Source: Phyllosticta citribraziliensis (taxonomy: Eukaryota). Taken from it: DNA of 64,000 nt. This document shows positions 60,426-64,000 of this stretch, piece after piece. The notes below the pieces were generated by a model that saw only the letters and a list, made by a program, of their open reading frames with translations, had not been told where the DNA came from and made no database searches. The DNA lies in NCBI RefSeq assembly GCF_038025025.1, contig NW_027117343.1, positions 1,364,001 to 1,428,000 on the forward strand, given 5' to 3'. The position numbers were made by a program, and so were the translations under genes. Each line of letters starts with the position of its first letter. Position 1 is the first letter of the stretch.

Positions 60426-60917
60426 ATGTCATCCGAGAAACACCACGGTGACCTGGAACACCAGATGCAGGACTCCATGCAGGACTCCATACAGGGCTCC
60501 GACAACGCAACGGAGGAACTTGACCGCATAAAGAAGCATCTGAACTTTCGTTTCTCCAAATCAAGGGCGGTGGAAGAACTCGCCATCGAGGCATGTCTGG
60601 AAGCCGGATACAACAATGATCAAATAACCACGATGGTGCGCTTGCACAAAGCTCGCGCCATCCTTACCTGCCTCGGCTGGATGGCTTGTAGCATCAACAC
60701 CTACCGATTGGCTTTTCTCGCAGCGTGGCCTCCAAAGGACCCATGGATAATCGCAGCCGTGGTGATCAGTTTCCTCATGCTCATCCTCCACGACTACATT
60801 GTAAAGCGCGCTGTCGGCGGGTGTAGAGACATTGGATTCCATCGCATCAGCTTCGAGATTGCAATGGCCGTGAACATATTGTTCATCGTTCCAACTATAG
60901 TGTTTCTTTGCATGTAA
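60426..60917 (+). CDS. Hypothetical small membrane protein (163 aa, about 3 hydrophobic helices)
   Basis: TATATAAA at about 60312, GCCATG start, intronless ORF with hydrophobic segments ILTCLGWMAC.., WIIAAVVISFLMLIL and IAMAVNILFIVPTIVFL; no family recognised. Confidence 0.55.
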   Translation: MSSEKHHGDLEHQMQDSMQDSIQGSDNATEELDRIKKHLNFRFSKSRAVEELAIEACLEAGYNNDQITTMVRLHKARAILTCLGWMACSINTYRLAFLAAWPPKDPWIIAAVVISFLMLILHDYIVKRAVGGCRDIGFHRISFEIAMAVNILFIVPTIVFLCM

Positions 60918-61773
60918 GTTGAAAAGAATCGGCGCGTTTGAATGCTCCTAACGCTGTTCAGATTTGGACTTGAGGGGCCGCACGCCGCAGGTGTTGGATC
61001 GTGAGGGACTTAGAAAGAGCGCGCGAGTTGCTCTGGTGGCGATGGCACTGGAAGAGGCAAAGCTGTTTTTCGTGATTCGATCTGGGCTTTGTCGAGTTTG
61101 GGCAGGTGTTCCTGAAAGTGCCCACAGGGAGGCTCCATACTCCCTGCATGCCGTCGATAGGGCCAGCAGACGGACCGAGTCGACAGCTCACCGCCCAACG
61201 TTTGCATTCATATTTAAATCGTAGACGATGGATTCTTTGATCAATTTCATCTTTTTGGGTGCCGTGCCCCACACTCGGCGCGTGAATTATGACTGTTGAT
61301 GCAACGCCACAAGACCTCGGCCAGACTCGGAAAAGGAGCGGCAGCTGACTGGAGAAGGCGATGGAACACGACGGCAACCTGGACAGCATCAGTAAAGTGG
61401 AGGAGACGTGGAGGACATAGACCTACCTCAGATGTCACAATAGAGCTATGTTGGCGTTGATTGTAGCACGTAGTCCTGGATGAAAGAGCCTCAGCAATGG
61501 CGTCTGGACGGCGTGCAAATCGGCGCAGCGTGATTCGGTCTTTTGCTTGCGGGTTCCCTGGTCGGATCTGGGTCTCTCTCCCCAGGTCTGTGCTCTCCCG
61601 GCCGCCGAGCAGCTGGTGCTCCAAATTATTTGATCCATCCATTTCTCCGCCACCCGCCGCAACACCTCAACCCAACCTCTACGTCGCCAATCCACTCCCA
61701 CCACCCACCCAGCGTCATCGCATCAACACCGACCCATCTCTCCCGCCCACTCTCTTCGCAAACCTCAGCAACA

Positions 61774-62472
61774 ATGCCTCGTCAAGGTCGCGGTAGCGCT
61801 GCTCCCCGCCGCTCGGCGCCCGCCCCGGCGCCCGCTCGTCCCACCGCGCCTGCGCCTGCTCCCCAGCAGCACCGCCCTGCCACGACCGCCGCCCACCCGC
61901 CCGCTGCGACGCCCCAGCAGCCGCACCCGCCGGCTGGCCAAGCGCCCTCGCAGGGCCCCGGCCTCTTTGGCCAGATGGCTTCGACCGCGGCGTGAGTACC
62001 CAGCCTCCATCCCCCGGAGCAGCCCGGCCCAACACCTCCTCGGGAAGAAGAAAGAGATGGACACAGACCGTGGCGCGGTACCTAAACAATGAAAGAGAGG
62101 CACAGGCTAACACTCCACAGCGGTGTCGCCGTCGGCTCCAGCATCGGCCACGCCATCGGCGGCTTCTTTGGCGGCGGCTCGTCCGCACCCGCCGAGGCAG
62201 CTCCCCAGGCCCCGGCCGAGGCGTCGTCCAACGCGTACCAGGCACCCAAGGTGTGCGAGACGGACATTACGAACTTCAAGCAGTGCATGGACCAGAACGA
62301 GGGCTCGCTGACCATCTGCGGCTGGTACTTGGAGCAGCTGGTAAGTCAGGACCCAAACCGAACCGAATTCCCTGCGAGATCGAAGGGGAAGAATGCTTAT
62401 GGCGATTGGAATTGACGCTGACGAACCGTTTGTGAATAGAAAGCGTGCCAGCAGGCTGCTAGCCACTACTAA
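61774..62472 (+). CDS. MIX17: Mitochondrial CHCH protein Mix17 (CHCHD2/10 family), 3 exons
   Basis: MPRQ.R.., GPGLFGQMASTAA|GVAVGSSIGHAIGG, twin Cx9C (CETDITNFKQC, CGWYLEQL|KAC). Confidence 0.95.
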
Positions 62473-64000
62473 ACCGGCCCCTGCTACGTCGATACTCGAA
62501 AGAAAAGCTTAAAAATAACTTTGTTGTACTTCTTCCGAGGACTCGCTTCCTCTCTGCCATTGTCATTGCACTCAACTCTCAACTCTTGAAGTCGGTGGAT
62601 GGACGGACGGCTGGCTGGCTGCGCCTAGCATGAATGGCAGCAGCAGCAGCAGCATTAGCAGTAGCAGTTGTAGTAGTCGTCGCAGCACCAGCGGCATATA
62701 AACATAATCATCTCTTTCCCATGCCATACAGAGCGAAGAAGAATTGCATCCGTCAACTTTCCATTTCCTCCAAACAAACTCCCCCTGACCTCGTCAATCC
62801 CTCAATTTCTCGCTCTTCCCTCCTCCTCTAACCATACCTGCAGGCCCTCTCTCTTTTCCTCCCGCCGCCCGCCCTCCCTGCCTAATGAGCACGACGGCTA
62901 CGGCCGGGGGATGCAAGCGCAGTTGCAACAGCTGCCAAACCCCCTCTCCATTTGTCTTCTTTGAGACTAGACTGTGCTTGCCTTGTCGTTATGCCGTCCG
63001 TGTGCTGTCCGGTCTTTGCCACGACTACAACCCAGTCACGTACGCGAGACGTGCGTCGGGGACGCTTGTCCTTTACTGCAGGCTGTGCATGCTGTGAGAT
63101 GTATGGCGAGACGAAGCAGGCACGCACTCACTGTGGCAAGGCGGGCGTTCGAGGAAAGGAGTTGAAGGAGGAAGGGGAAGATGGCAGCGCAACAGAAAAG
63201 ACTGCAAGTGTCTCATCCTAGATTTGAATAGTAGAAGTGGGAGTACTTGTGGTAGTTGCAATAGTAGTTAACTAGCTAAGTAGGTAGGTGGGTAGTGTAG
63301 TGTAGCGTACCCAGCGTAAGGTAGGCAGCAGATACACGTAGTAGTGGCTAAGGTAAAGTAGGTAGGTAGGTAGGAGGTAGAGAAGCCCATATATCCCATA
63401 AAGCAATCACCGTCACACCACGACCACAACCGACGCCTCTCCTTTCCCTTGCCCTCCCTTCCCCCCTCTTCCCCAAGCAAGTAGTCGACGATCAATGCCG
63501 CCCGCCTTTTTCCCTTGCGTCCCGCCCTTCTCCCTCCTCTCCACCACATTCCACGCCGAATCCAAGGGCCGTCATCATCTCGTTCCCATAGCTCGACCAT
63601 GCGCCAAGACGGCAAAGAGGCAGAAGCTGCGTCGAACGCATGCACGCGTTTCCACGTCGGTTGGCCATCTCGCCTCTGCGCTGCTGCACCTCACTGCAAA
63701 CGCCCTTGCTTCCACCCAACCAGGCGCCCAGCGAGACGAGGCAAAAAGGGGAAAGAAAGGGGAAGAAGTAGGAAAAGGAAAAGGAGAAGAAGAAAGCAAG
63801 TTGGCTGACTGGTGCGCTACAACGCTAGCTATGCGAAGAGCCAAATAGGAGGCGTCGTCGTCGTCGGAAAAGAATAAAAAATGATGATGAGGAAGTAGAT
63901 GATGAGCCGATGATGATGCCGATTCATACAAGCCATGAAGCGAAACGAAAGAGAAAGAAAAAGAAAAGAATTAAGTCATGAATCCCACTTGCGCCGCGCC

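Overview
Gene-dense, GC-rich, intron-containing eukaryotic DNA from a filamentous ascomycete. Protein style and GT-AG introns with CTRAC branch sites suggest Pezizomycotina, probably a Dothideomycete (inference). About 26 protein-coding genes and one intron-containing tRNA-Pro(CGG) can be supported. Most are core genes: LRP1/C1D, a ketopantoate-reductase-like gene, a LAG1-family ceramide synthase, MDM34, ATG17, sconB/MET30, SLU7, REV3, SND1, SOD1, TAL1, an RTA1-like gene, a UBX protein, RAC1, CMS1, CENP-T, SHY1, VMA22, DERA, RPS27 and MIX17. No CRISPR, rRNA or autonomous transposon is evident. The most notable items are missed by the ORF track: (1) a spliced, secreted, Kex2-processed 35-aa C-C-CC-C-C cystine-knot peptide at 55408-55670; (2) a ketopantoate-reductase-like gene whose NAD(P)-binding motif lies upstream of the first in-frame ATG and which is restored by using a weak, possibly hairpin-masked splice donor (splice-switch candidate; a 1-nt indel or a non-AUG start are alternatives); (3) a three-exon nucleotidyltransferase-fold gene of unknown function; (4) structured non-coding segments (40242-40761, 13803-13855, RPS27 intron 1). 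Exon boundaries were read by eye and may be off by a few bases. Family assignments come from recognised motifs, not from database searches.
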